From: an uncultured delta proteobacterium
GTDB lineage: Bacteria; Desulfobacterota; WTBG01
Assembly: GCA_963793865.1 (NCBI GenBank)
Contig: CAWCBP010000001.1
Location: 1,088,001-1,152,000 of the forward strand
Direction: 5' to 3'
DNA: 64,000 bases
Shown here in pieces: positions 50,518 through 60,295 of the stretch (its first letter is position 1; every line of letters begins with the position of its first letter). Below the pieces are notes generated by a model. That model saw only the letters and a program-made list of their open reading frames with translations. It searched no databases and had not been told where the DNA came from. A program made the position numbers and the translations under genes.

Positions 50518-51118
50518 TGCCAAATTTGGGGTTTTCTGTATCCAATTCCCATTGCAGGGGATTGTTCACAATGTATTCGCGGATTTTGTCTAATTCGTTA
50601 TCGTTGCGGATAATGTGTTCATAATAATTGCGCTGCCAGAGACGGATGTCGAACGAGGGCCAGCCTGATGTTTTCACCCCGCGTATATATTCGTTTGTGG
50701 TCATTGTTTTAAACCATTGTATAATTTTCTGTAGGGGCGCACCTGTGTGTGCGCCCTTATTATCATTATTTTGTGTGCCGCCTGAATTTGGGCAGACACA
50801 TAGGTCTGCCCCTACAGAAACAACATTACCATCATTTTGCGGGTCTGCTCCTACGGTAATCACGATTATTCCGTGCATGTGATTAGGCATTACAACGAAT
50901 TCATCCGTTCCTACGTTTGAGAATTTACGATTTAATTCATTCCACCATTTTTCGATCATCCTCCCTGCATTATTCAACCGCATTCCCCCATTTATAATTT
51001 CCCCAAATAAACATGCTCGATGCTGTGTGCAAATCGTTGTAAAATAGGCCCCTGATCGGGAGTAATCATACCCTTTCAGCCGTATGGAGCGGCGATTTTG
51101 TTTATCCGGATCGCACAT
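50501..51118 (-). mobile_element. REP-associated tyrosine transposase (RAYT/TnpA-REP, IS200-like HUH Y1)
   Basis: RRSIRLKGYDYS, YFTTICT, MPNHMHGI (HUH), WQRNYYEHIIR, YIVNNP; flanked and interrupted by GTAG REPs. Confidence 0.92.
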
Positions 51119-51155
51119 TGCTATTGTCTGCTAATTATCCTGCCCAACGAGGGTA

Positions 51156-51977
51156 CTACTTCTGGCACTTCGGGCAGTAGTGGGAGCTGCGGCCGCCGAG
51201 CCGCATCCGCTCAATGGGGGTGCCGCATCGGAGGCAGGGTTCTCCCCGACGCTGATAGACGCGGTGATTATCCTGGTAGCTTCCGTTCTCGTTAAATGCA
51301 GTACGGTAATCGGAGACGGTATCTCCGTTGCAGGCGATGGCTTCGCGCAATATCAGGCATACTGCCTGATGCAGTTTATCAAGCCTTACTCCCTTAATGC
51401 TGCACGAGGGTGTGCAGGGATGTATTCCCGCCTCAAATAATATTTCATCGGAATAGATATTCCCGATCCCGGCAATCCTCTTCTGGTCCAGCAGCAGCTG
51501 CTTGATCCGCACCCTGGAATTAATCACTCCGTTCAGCACGGCAGGGGTAAAATTCCTTTGCAGCGGTTCGGTACCCATGCGCAGTATGCGTTCAATATTC
51601 CCCTTGCCGGTCAGGTATATCTCCCCGAACCGCCGGGGATCTCTGAAGAGGATGCGCTCACCCGCGCCGAATTCGATGATTACATGGGTGTGTTTATCCC
51701 TGCGCACGGGACGTCCGGGGCTGCTCCATAGCATTTGGCCGGTCATGCCCAGCCGGAACACGATCACATCCGGGGAATCAAGAAATATGAGCAGCGCCTT
51801 GCCGCGCCTTTTTACAGCGGTAATGAACCGGTTGCGTGCCCGCTTGACCAGCATGGGCGGGGTAATCTCACGCTTCACCATGGCCGGCTGCAGAATGGTT
51901 ACACGGCTTATGCGCTTTCCTTTAACCGTCCTTGCAAGGTTCCTGCGTATGGTTTCAACTTCCGGGAGTTCGGGCAT
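51156..51977 (-). CDS. mutM: Formamidopyrimidine-DNA glycosylase
   Basis: MPELPEVET, LGMTG, DPRRFG, GIGNIYSDE, C-terminal zinc finger. Confidence 0.97.
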   Translation of the reverse strand: MPELPEVETIRRNLARTVKGKRISRVTILQPAMVKREITPPMLVKRARNRFITAVKRRGKALLIFLDSPDVIVFRLGMTGQMLWSSPGRPVRRDKHTHVIIEFGAGERILFRDPRRFGEIYLTGKGNIERILRMGTEPLQRNFTPAVLNGVINSRVRIKQLLLDQKRIAGIGNIYSDEILFEAGIHPCTPSCSIKGVRLDKLHQAVCLILREAIACNGDTVSDYRTAFNENGSYQDNHRVYQRRGEPCLRCGTPIERMRLGGRSSHYCPKCQK

Positions 51978-51983
51978 AGGAGG

Positions 51984-52180
51984 AGGGGTCAGGGTACAGG
52001 GTAAAGGGTTCAGGGTACAGGGTTCAGGGTGCAGAAGATGCTGGATACGGGGTTAAAGAATAGTTGACAGTTAGCCAGTTGACGGTTGACAGGTTTCCAC
52101 GTGCATCCTGTATCATGCATCGTGCATCCTTCCTTCTTTCTTCGTGCTCTCCTTCGTTTCTCTTCGTGAACTTCGTGGTT
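51984..52180. repeat. Stack of four short-period repeat tracts
   Basis: Seven AGGGTHC-like units, GTTGACR units, four NTGYATC units, CTTCGT(G) units. Confidence 0.8.
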
Positions 52181-52192
52181 CTTTTTCTGGAA

Positions 52193-52702
52193 TCAAACTT
52201 TTCGTTCCGCAGCGCGCTCCTTGGCCTCCTTGCGCAGCCTGCTGGTAAGCAGCTCCCGCTTCAGCCGCGACACCTTGTCAACGATGAGTATGCCGTCCAG
52301 ATGCTCCATCTCGTGCTGCAGGGCGCGCGCCAGCAGGCCTTCCGCCGGAATGGTGACCTCTTCGCCTTTCTCGTTGCGGCCGCGCACGGTTATCTTTTCG
52401 CTTCGCGTCACCTCGACCGTCACCCCGGGCAGGCAGAGGCAGCCCTCTTCCATCTGCCCCTCTCCGCTTCGCTCAAGCGCCTCGGGATTGATCAGCGCCA
52501 CCAGGCCCTCACCCACGTCGACGATGATTACACGGAGATGAACGCCTATCTGCACCGCCGCCAGGCCGATACCCCGCTGGGAGTACATGGTTTCAGCCAT
52601 ATCATCGATAAGTTTCCGGACCTCTTCCGTAACCGCCTTAACCGGCTGAGATTTCTTTCTCAGCAAAGGGTGGGGATAGGTCACAACCTCGCGCAGTGCC
52701 AT
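52193..52702 (-). CDS. def: Peptide deformylase
   Basis: GIGLAAVQ, EGCL, QHEMEHLDG. Confidence 0.96.
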   Translation of the reverse strand: MALREVVTYPHPLLRKKSQPVKAVTEEVRKLIDDMAETMYSQRGIGLAAVQIGVHLRVIIVDVGEGLVALINPEALERSGEGQMEEGCLCLPGVTVEVTRSEKITVRGRNEKGEEVTIPAEGLLARALQHEMEHLDGILIVDKVSRLKRELLTSRLRKEAKERAAERKV

Positions 52703-52723
52703 GCTGTCATCCTCATTGCTGTA

Positions 52724-53470
52724 TCACAGGGTACTCAGGATAAGGGGGCCGCTGCCGGTAATGGCAATGGTGTGCTCAAAGTGGGCTGACAGCTTTCCGT
52801 CCCCGGTCACGGCCGTCCACCCGTCAGGGAGAATTCTCATTTCATGGGTCCCTTCATTGACCATCGGCTCTATGGCCAGCACCATCCCTTCCCGCAGCCT
52901 GGGGTTGGGCACCGGAATGCCGTAGTTGGGTACCTGCGGCTCTTCGTGAAGGGACATCCCGATACCGTGACCCACAAAATCCTTCACCACTGAAAACCCA
53001 TGGCCCTCAACCCACGACTGGATAGCCTGGCATATGTCGGACAGCTGGTTGCCGACCAGCGCCTGTTCAATGCCGCGATACAGTGACTGTTCGGTGACTT
53101 CAAGCAGCTCCCGCGCCTTTTTGCCTATCTCGCCGACGGCAACCGTCAGCGCCGCATCGCCGTAAAACCCGTTCAGCTTGACCCCGAAATCAAGGCTGAC
53201 GATATCGCCCTCCTTCAGCCTTCTTCCGTCGGGGATGCCATGCACGATCTGTTCGTTCACGGAGGTGCATACGCTGGCGGGATATCCACGGTAGCCTTTA
53301 AAGGCCGGCTCTCCCCCGTAAACTTCCAGCAGTGCCTCGGCCCGGTCGTTCAGATCCAGGGTGGTTATGCCGGGACCGACCATTTCCCCGAGCTCCCTGA
53401 GGACCTGCGCCACTATCCTGTTGCAGCGCTGCATTTCAAGAATTTCATTTTCCGTCTTTAAGAATATCAT
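52724..53470 (-). CDS. map: Methionine aminopeptidase type I
   Basis: SVNEQIVHGIP, GHGIG, HEEP, IEPM, SAHFEHT. Confidence 0.97.
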   Translation of the reverse strand: MIFLKTENEILEMQRCNRIVAQVLRELGEMVGPGITTLDLNDRAEALLEVYGGEPAFKGYRGYPASVCTSVNEQIVHGIPDGRRLKEGDIVSLDFGVKLNGFYGDAALTVAVGEIGKKARELLEVTEQSLYRGIEQALVGNQLSDICQAIQSWVEGHGFSVVKDFVGHGIGMSLHEEPQVPNYGIPVPNPRLREGMVLAIEPMVNEGTHEMRILPDGWTAVTGDGKLSAHFEHTIAITGSGPLILSTL

Positions 53471-53502
53471 CTCTTCTCAGTGCCCGCCCCGGCTCAACCG
53501 TT

Positions 53503-54423
53503 TCACCGGGCCAGCTGATAAAATAGTTCACTTCCGTACGGTCGTGCCGTAACCCTGCCCTGCTCTACCAGATGTGCCAGATGCTTGCTGATCATCGCGG
53601 CGGGGATGCCTAAGGAGTCAACAATCTCCGGGAGGTTAAGGGGACGGCGGCGTATGACGCTGACGATCCGCTCCTCAATATCCGATTCAACGCCGCGCTG
53701 CGTTTCCCTGACACCGGCGATCACTTCGCAGTTCGCGCCCATCCGCTCCCGAATGCTTTCAAGCTCGAGTGCGGAAAGCTGCTTGATGCCGGTGTCCCAC
53801 GCCGGTCGCACGGGTGTATTGAGCTGCACCCGGTCGAAGGCGATCGGAGCAATGGCCTCTCGTATGCGCTCTATCTCTTCGGGGCTGTCATTGACCCCTT
53901 TGAGCAGCATGATTTCCAGCCAGAGCTGCCCGTCAAACTCCTTTCTGAACCGAGTCAGGCCCGCGAGCATGTGCGAAACGGTTATGCCCGGGTGCGGCTG
54001 ATTGACAACCCGGAAAATCTCCTCGCTGACTGCGTCAAGTGAGGGCACCACCAGATCGGCGGCGCGAAGCTCCTCCCGCACCGGCTCTCGGTGAAGCAGG
54101 GTTCCATTGGTGATCACCGCCACCGGAATGGAGGTAATCCCCTTGACGCGCCTGATAATGGCCCCCAGATGCGATGAGAGCGTGGGCTCACCGGAGCCGG
54201 ACATGGTTATGTAATCAATTTTCTCCTGCCCCTGCAGCACCTGACCGAGTTCATCGCAGATGGCATCCACATCACCAAATGGGGAGCGTTCAATCGTCTT
54301 AACCGTGGTCCTGCCCAGCTGGCAGTAAGGACAATCGAGGGTGCAGGTTTTATAGGGGACCAGGTCCACGCCCAGGGAAAATCCGAGCCTGCGTGACCTG
54401 ACCGGGCCGAAGATATGGTTCAT
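53503..54423 (-). CDS. Radical SAM protein with C-terminal HTH
   Basis: FGPVRSRRLGFSLG, CTLDCPYC, GSGEPTL. Confidence 0.9.
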   Translation of the reverse strand: MNHIFGPVRSRRLGFSLGVDLVPYKTCTLDCPYCQLGRTTVKTIERSPFGDVDAICDELGQVLQGQEKIDYITMSGSGEPTLSSHLGAIIRRVKGITSIPVAVITNGTLLHREPVREELRAADLVVPSLDAVSEEIFRVVNQPHPGITVSHMLAGLTRFRKEFDGQLWLEIMLLKGVNDSPEEIERIREAIAPIAFDRVQLNTPVRPAWDTGIKQLSALELESIRERMGANCEVIAGVRETQRGVESDIEERIVSVIRRRPLNLPEIVDSLGIPAAMISKHLAHLVEQGRVTARPYGSELFYQLAR

Positions 54424-55853
54424 TGCCCGTGTAAATCCTCCGAAAGAAAAACCCGGTACGCCTTGCCGGTCATGTAGGCATCCGCCTTGCTGGATATTTC
54501 AAACGGGGAATGCATGCTCAACAGCGCCGTGCCGCAGTCAATGATCTCCATGCCGTAGCTGGCCAGGAACTTTGCCACCGTTCCACCTCCCCCCTCATCG
54601 ACCTTCCCCATTTCGCCGGCCTGCCAGACAACGCCATGCCGGTTGAAAAGCCTGCGGATCATCCCCACATACTCGGCATTGGCGTCGCTCGAGGAGTATT
54701 TGCCCCCGGAGCCGGTGAACTTGCTGATACAGACACCGTAGCCGAGCCTGGCGGCATTGCGCTTCTCATGCACTTCCTGGTAATCGGGATCAAGCGCGGC
54801 GTTCACGTCCGCGGAGATGGCATGTGAATTCATCAACGTTTCCCTGATGAGCTGCTCGTCCGCCGCCTCCCCCCTGCACCTGAAGAGCGAGGCAACCATT
54901 TCCTCGAGAAACCTGGACTTGGCGCCGGTGTTCCCCTCGCTGCCGATTTCCTCCTTGTCCAGGAAGAGCGCCAGGGCGGTGGTCCGGGGCCGTGAAAGGC
55001 GGCAGATGGCGGCAAGACTGCCGTAGGCGCAGATGCGATCATCCTGCCCGTAGGCGCCGATGAGGCTCATATCCCAGCCGATGTCCCGTGCCTTCCCTGC
55101 CGGAACCAGCTCAATCTCCGCGCTGATGAAGTCCTCCTCAACCAGCTTGTGGGTTTTATAGAGGTGGTTTAAGATCTGCAGCTTGACCCGCTCCTGGGCC
55201 TTCTTGTCCGGATAGGGAATGCTCCCGGCCAGGGCATTAAGTTTTTCCCCGACGATGGCCTCATTCAACTTCTTTTCATACTGCACTTTATGCGCCAGGT
55301 GCGGCAGAAGGTCCGCAACGGTAAACACCGGGTCCGTCTCGCTCTCTCCCACGGTGAGGTCAAGCTCGCTCCCATCCTGGCGGATTATTTTCCCATGCAT
55401 CGCCAGGGGGCGGCAAACCCATTGATATTTCTTGATGCCTCCATAATAGTGGGTCTTGCACATGGCCAGATCCACCTCTTCGTAAAGCGGGTTCTGCTTC
55501 AAATCCAGCCGCGGCGCGTCCACGTGGGAAACCAGTATCCTGATCCCCTCCCGCAGGGGCCGCTTACCCATCACGGCCATGCCGATGGCCTTGCGCTTGT
55601 TTACCTTGTAGCATTTTTCCTGCCCGGAACCGCCGTCAACCGACGTGAAGCCGCACTCCAGGGCCCGCCGCTCTATTTCACGCACCGCCTCCCGCTCCGT
55701 TTTTGCCCGGTTTAAGAAATCCTTGTAATCCTCGGCAAAGGCATGAACCTCTTTCCGCTCCCGGGGAGACAACGCGTCCCAGACCAGCCTGGGCTTGAAC
55801 ACAATCTTTTCGTTAAGACTTTTGCTTCCCTTCTTTCCCTTCCTCGCCGGCAT
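54420..55853 (-). CDS. M18 family aminopeptidase
   Basis: HVDAPRLDLK, YGQDDR, DKEEIGS, GGGGT, MHSP. Confidence 0.93.
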   Translation of the reverse strand: MPARKGKKGSKSLNEKIVFKPRLVWDALSPRERKEVHAFAEDYKDFLNRAKTEREAVREIERRALECGFTSVDGGSGQEKCYKVNKRKAIGMAVMGKRPLREGIRILVSHVDAPRLDLKQNPLYEEVDLAMCKTHYYGGIKKYQWVCRPLAMHGKIIRQDGSELDLTVGESETDPVFTVADLLPHLAHKVQYEKKLNEAIVGEKLNALAGSIPYPDKKAQERVKLQILNHLYKTHKLVEEDFISAEIELVPAGKARDIGWDMSLIGAYGQDDRICAYGSLAAICRLSRPRTTALALFLDKEEIGSEGNTGAKSRFLEEMVASLFRCRGEAADEQLIRETLMNSHAISADVNAALDPDYQEVHEKRNAARLGYGVCISKFTGSGGKYSSSDANAEYVGMIRRLFNRHGVVWQAGEMGKVDEGGGGTVAKFLASYGMEIIDCGTALLSMHSPFEISSKADAYMTGKAYRVFLSEDLHGQ

Positions 55854-55955
55854 AAATGTCCTTTACTGATGGCAAACGCAGAATATACAAATCCCACCGC
55901 CAGATTATTACAGGCACACATCTGAGAATTTTTCTCTCAGAAACATTGGCAACCG

Positions 55956-56005
55956 GTAGGAGCGGCTTTAAGCCGTGAATATATCGCGCATGAATGCGCT
56001 CCTAC
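55956..56005. repeat. REP doublet (REPIN-like), GTAGGAGCG family
   Basis: GTAGGAGCGGCTTTAAGCCGTGA-atata-TCGCGCATGAATGCGCTCCTAC. Confidence 0.75.
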
Positions 56006-56138
56006 CTAATAGTACAATTTCATAATTTATGAAACGATAACAAACTTAACGTTGCAAAGTCAAATGCTTTCATCCGGTCATTAAGTCTGAAAGAGCTATT
56101 GTAAAGCCCGAAGTGCAAGGATGGTCATACGCGGAAGG

Positions 56139-57188
56139 TTAGAAGAGTTTTTTCTCGAAAAGCGGGGTTTCGATGCCCAGGTGCTGGTAGGCGCGCTCGG
56201 TGGCTTTCCTGCCTGCTGAGGTTCTGTTTAGAAAACCTATTTTCAAAAGAAACGGCTCCACCATGTCCACCAGCGTATCCGATTCCTCCTGCAGGGTGGC
56301 GGCGATGGCTTCCAGGCCGACCGGCCCGCCTTTGTAGAAATGAATGATGGTCTGCAAATATTTTCTGTCCAGACTCATTAAACCCTGCCCGTCAATCCCC
56401 TCAAGCTGAAGTGCCTCGTCAGTTACCTCCCTGGTAATAAGCCCCTCTGCCCTCACCTGGGCGAAATCCCGCACCCGTCTCAAAATCCGGTTGGCAATGC
56501 GTGGTGTTCCCCGGGAGCGGCGGGCTATCTCCATGGCGCCGCCCTCATCAACCGGCACCTGCAGAATCGAGGCGGAGCGCTTCACCACCCTGCAGAGCTC
56601 TTCAACCTGGTAAAATTCCATTTCCCTCAAAATGCCGAAGCGCTCGCGCAGCGGTGCCGAGAGCAAACCCGCCCTGGTTGTGGCGCCGACCAGGGTAAAG
56701 TGCTCCAGCCGGGAGCGATAACTGCGCGCGTTCATGCCCCGGTCAAAAATGACGTCAACCGCGAAGTCCTCCATTGCCGGATAGAGAAATTCCTCCACAA
56801 TCTTGGGCAGCCGGTGCATTTCATCAATAAAGAGCACATCGCCTTTTTCGAGATGGGTGAGGATGCTGATGAGGTCACCGCCTTTTTCAAGGGCAGGCCC
56901 CGAGGTATGGACAATCCTCACCCCCATCTCGGCCGCGATAATATGGGCGAGGGTCGTTTTCCCCAGGCCCGGCGGTCCATGGAAAAGGACGTGATCGAGC
57001 GGTTCGTTTCTTTTTTTTGCCGCCTTCAGGGCAATGGAAAGCGAATCGACCACCTGGGTCTGACCGATGTACTCCGAGAGGGTTTTGGGCCGCAGGTTAC
57101 AGAATGCCCCCGAATCCCCGTCCAAGCCTTCTGCATCTGTTTCCTCTCGCTTACACAGATCAGAGATATCAAACCCGTCTGCAACCAT
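56139..57188 (-). CDS. ruvB: Holliday junction branch migration helicase RuvB
   Basis: [27 protein letters not shown]. Confidence 0.97.
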   Translation of the reverse strand: MVADGFDISDLCKREETDAEGLDGDSGAFCNLRPKTLSEYIGQTQVVDSLSIALKAAKKRNEPLDHVLFHGPPGLGKTTLAHIIAAEMGVRIVHTSGPALEKGGDLISILTHLEKGDVLFIDEMHRLPKIVEEFLYPAMEDFAVDVIFDRGMNARSYRSRLEHFTLVGATTRAGLLSAPLRERFGILREMEFYQVEELCRVVKRSASILQVPVDEGGAMEIARRSRGTPRIANRILRRVRDFAQVRAEGLITREVTDEALQLEGIDGQGLMSLDRKYLQTIIHFYKGGPVGLEAIAATLQEESDTLVDMVEPFLLKIGFLNRTSAGRKATERAYQHLGIETPLFEKKLF

Positions 57189-57199
57189 GCAATCTCTCC

Positions 57200-57826
57200 T
57201 TACTTTCTCTGGCCCCGGTACACCTCTTCAAACAGCTCCTCGGGTGAGGTGATCGCCGGGTTCTGGGCCATGGCTTCACTCACCATGCGGGCCGCCTCGC
57301 TCCTGGTATGCCCCAGCTGCTTCACCAGCACATCCTCCACCTGGCGCCGCAGGTCTTCAGGCTCAACCGGCGGCACAGGCATTTGTTCATCCCGCACCAG
57401 GGCGAACTTGCCCACCTTGCCCTGCAGCGTGGCCACAATTTTATCCGCCGTCCGCTTGCCTATTCCTTTCAAGCGCTGCAGGGTTGAAGTGTCCTTCTCC
57501 TCTATGGCCATGGCTATGGTGCTGACCGGCATGGTCAGCGCCTTGACCGCGGCGGTGGGACCGATGGCCTCCACCTTGATAAACTTTTCAAAAAATTCCT
57601 TTTCCACCTCCGTGTTGAAACCAACCAGCACCGGCTTGGGCTGATGCTCGCTCTGGTGATAAAAGATATGGAGCTTGACGCGGTCCCCGTCTTCGCCGGA
57701 CCTCTTGCCGGCAAGTGCCTGGCTCACAATGGAAGGCAGGAGCACTTCGTACCCGACGCCCTGGGTGAGAACAACCACCTTATCACCTTCTTTCTTGAAC
57801 AGAATGCCTTCCAGGAAGCTGATCAT
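57200..57826 (-). CDS. ruvA: Holliday junction branch migration protein RuvA
   Basis: MISFLEG, GVGYEV, HhH motifs; gene context. Confidence 0.92.
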   Translation of the reverse strand: MISFLEGILFKKEGDKVVVLTQGVGYEVLLPSIVSQALAGKRSGEDGDRVKLHIFYHQSEHQPKPVLVGFNTEVEKEFFEKFIKVEAIGPTAAVKALTMPVSTIAMAIEEKDTSTLQRLKGIGKRTADKIVATLQGKVGKFALVRDEQMPVPPVEPEDLRRQVEDVLVKQLGHTRSEAARMVSEAMAQNPAITSPEELFEEVYRGQRK

Positions 57827-57957
57827 ATCACCGGATCACTTTCATTAAAACTCGGCAGAAGCACTTTCCTGCGCGATTCATTCGCGGCCCAAACCCGCTC
57901 CTGCCTGCCGTGCATTTCTGCACTATAGGTTTCCCGTCTTGCACATGTAAAAATCCA

Positions 57958-58461
57958 TCACCACCGGAACAAGCCGCTGCGTGAAAGGCCGGTAACTGCC
58001 AGGGCCATGGCATCAGAGACGTGGTCGGAGATTTTGGCATCATCGAAATTGAGAATCCGCCTGGTCATGCTTCCCACCTGCTCCTTGCCGGCCCTGCCGC
58101 TGCCGGTAAGGGCGCTCTTCACTTCCGTCGGCTTGATCTCAAAAACCTTAACCCCCTTAAGCTCTGCGGCAAGCAGAACCACCCCGCGCACAGCCCCCAG
58201 CTGAATCGCGGCCTTGGGAAACTTTTTATACACGTAGACATCCTCAACCACCATAAGGCGGGGATGCCAGCGCGACAGAATGTCCGAGAGATTGAGATAG
58301 ATGCTGCTCAGTCGTTCCGGCAGGGAGCGGCCGGGAGGTGTGGTGATAGTGCCCCACTGGCAGACCCTTCCGCGTTTCTCCAGGGGTTGGATGACGGCAA
58401 AACCGGTGCTGGCAAGACCCGGGTCTATCCCGATTGCTGTGACCGGCACCGTCATGGGCAC
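57958..58461 (-). CDS. ruvC: Crossover junction endodeoxyribonuclease RuvC
   Basis: GIDPG, VKSALTGSGRAGKEQV, DAMALA. Confidence 0.95.
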   Translation of the reverse strand: MPMTVPVTAIGIDPGLASTGFAVIQPLEKRGRVCQWGTITTPPGRSLPERLSSIYLNLSDILSRWHPRLMVVEDVYVYKKFPKAAIQLGAVRGVVLLAAELKGVKVFEIKPTEVKSALTGSGRAGKEQVGSMTRRILNFDDAKISDHVSDAMALAVTGLSRSGLFRW

Positions 58462-58509
58462 TATCTCGCTGAAACAGAGGGCTTGATTAAGGTGTGGAAA
58501 GGCATCTGA

Positions 58510-59259
58510 TCAGGTGCTGATCTTCTCCAGGATTTCATCAGGTATATCAAAATTGGCATGAACATTCTGCACATCATCCAGGTCTTCAAGCGTCTCGACC
58601 AGCTTCAGGGTCTGCTCCGCCTCTTTTTCACCCAGCTTGACCGTATTCTGTGGGATCATGGTAATCTTGGCCAGGCTATAGGTAAGCCCCTCTTTATCAA
58701 GCGCCTCTTTCACCTTCTCAAAATCCTTGGGGTCGGTAAGAACCTCAACCGTTGATTCCTCGTCATTTATGTCCTGGGCGCCGGCATCAAGGGCGACTTC
58801 CATCAGTTTTTCCTCATCCACTTTTCCTTTTTCAAACGAGAAAAGGCCCTTTTTGTCGAACATCCAGGCGACACAGCCCGTTGAGCCGATGTTGCCGTTA
58901 CACCTGGTGAAAGCGTGCCGCACTTCCGCCATGGTCCGGTTCTTGTTGTCGGTCAATATATCCACCAGGATGGCAACGCCGCTCGGCCCGTACCCTTCAC
59001 ACAGCGTTTCTTCATAGTTGGCGCCCTCAAGCTCCCCGGTGCCCTTCTTGATTGCCCGGGTGATGTTATCCTTGGGCATGTTTTCAGCCTTCGCGGCCAG
59101 GATGGCATTGCGCAGACGGGCATTACCGACAGTATCCCCGCCTCCTTCTTTCGCGGCAACCATGATTTCCCTGATCAGCTTGGTAAAAATCTTGCCGCGC
59201 TTGGCATCAGCCGCCCCTTTTTTATGCTTAATGCTGCTCCACTTGGAATGTCCTGACAT
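58510..59259 (-). CDS. yebC: YebC/PmpR family regulator
   Basis: [27 protein letters not shown]. Confidence 0.96.
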   Translation of the reverse strand: MSGHSKWSSIKHKKGAADAKRGKIFTKLIREIMVAAKEGGGDTVGNARLRNAILAAKAENMPKDNITRAIKKGTGELEGANYEETLCEGYGPSGVAILVDILTDNKNRTMAEVRHAFTRCNGNIGSTGCVAWMFDKKGLFSFEKGKVDEEKLMEVALDAGAQDINDEESTVEVLTDPKDFEKVKEALDKEGLTYSLAKITMIPQNTVKLGEKEAEQTLKLVETLEDLDDVQNVHANFDIPDEILEKIST

Positions 59260-59641
59260 AGGCCATACTCCCTTGAGGTGATACAATTGATCTCACGTGT
59301 CTGTCCGGTTTTTTAAAATATCACAACCATGCTATTTTTGCAAAATGAAAAATTAATGGTTTTATACCGCTGCCGGGGAATAAGCAAAGTGCCGAATCGC
59401 ACGCAACCCATCAATCAACATTCTTTTTTATTGAAGCAGGTCACAGCATTCTGCCCAAATGGTTTGACTTGTTCAACCATCGAACAGACAAGATATTCTT
59501 TTGTTGTATCACATGCTTTCGTCTGACTGCCCAACGCGGGTGTCCACATATTTCCCCATTCCGCCTGCGCGAGCACATTGAATTTCCGCCGGCCGATGAT
59601 ATGTATCGGCTTTCCCCTCATCAATACACATCATGGCCGGA

Positions 59642-59657
59642 TGGCACTAATGTTGCT
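59642..59657 (+). promoter_or_regulatory. Sigma-54 (-24/-12) promoter of comEA
   Basis: TGGCAC-TAATG-TTGCT, an exact TGGCAC-N5-TTGCW consensus, ~110 bp upstream of the ATG. Confidence 0.75.
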
Positions 59658-59768
59658 CTTGTATTGAAGGCGACGATGCAGCAGCAGTTCCAATCCCCTT
59701 TTGTGATCATGGCCATGATCGTATATCAACCGTCACCGTTTAAACAAAACTACTGCAAGGAGGTACCA

Positions 59769-60101
59769 ATGAAAAAGAACATGGTATGGCTGCTTCTTTC
59801 CCTGATAACAGCATTTTCATTCCTTGTCCTCACCAGTCCGGCCATAGCCGCAGATGCACCTCAAGCACAGCCGGCCGGAACACTCAACGCTGATGCGACG
59901 ACCGGTACAAAAGTTAATATTAACAGCGCCGATGTTGAAACCCTCTGCACGCTCAAGGGCATAGGACCTGCCCTCGCTCTCAGGATAAAGGAATTCAGGG
60001 AGCAGCACGGGCCCTTCAAGACCCCGGAGGACGTAACCCAGGTGCGGGGCGTGGGCAACACCATCCTCGAGTGGAACAAGAACATGATTGACGTAAAATA
60101 A
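59769..60101 (+). CDS. comEA: ComEA family DNA-binding protein
   Basis: Signal peptide; KVNINSA, LKGIGPALA, GPFKTPED, VRGVG HhH; AAGGAGG RBS. Confidence 0.93.
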   Translation: MKKNMVWLLLSLITAFSFLVLTSPAIAADAPQAQPAGTLNADATTGTKVNINSADVETLCTLKGIGPALALRIKEFREQHGPFKTPEDVTQVRGVGNTILEWNKNMIDVK

Positions 60102-60136
60102 CGGACGATCCTGCTTGAAACGCATCTTGTGTGATT

Positions 60137-60164
60137 GTAGGGGCGTATTGCCATACGCCCCTAC
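60137..60164. repeat. GTAG-type REP palindrome
   Basis: GTAGGGGCGTAT-TGCC-ATACGCCCCTAC. Confidence 0.85.
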
Positions 60165-60295
60165 TTCTCATGACAGGATGCCGTTACCATGTCATTCTGA
60201 TCGCACACGAAGGTCCCGGCATGACATGCGAAGGGATGAGGGTGCAACATGGGACAGATATTTACCCCGATGTTAATCTGTGTTATACATGAAGC

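Noticed and set aside
59469..59768. N-terminal extension of the comEA ORF to 210 aa
   Set aside because: A strong AAGGAGG RBS and signal peptide begin at 59769, and the extension spans the promoter
60190..60235. TGTCATTC...ATGACA remnant resembling another REP class
   Set aside because: Too degenerate and single-copy in the window
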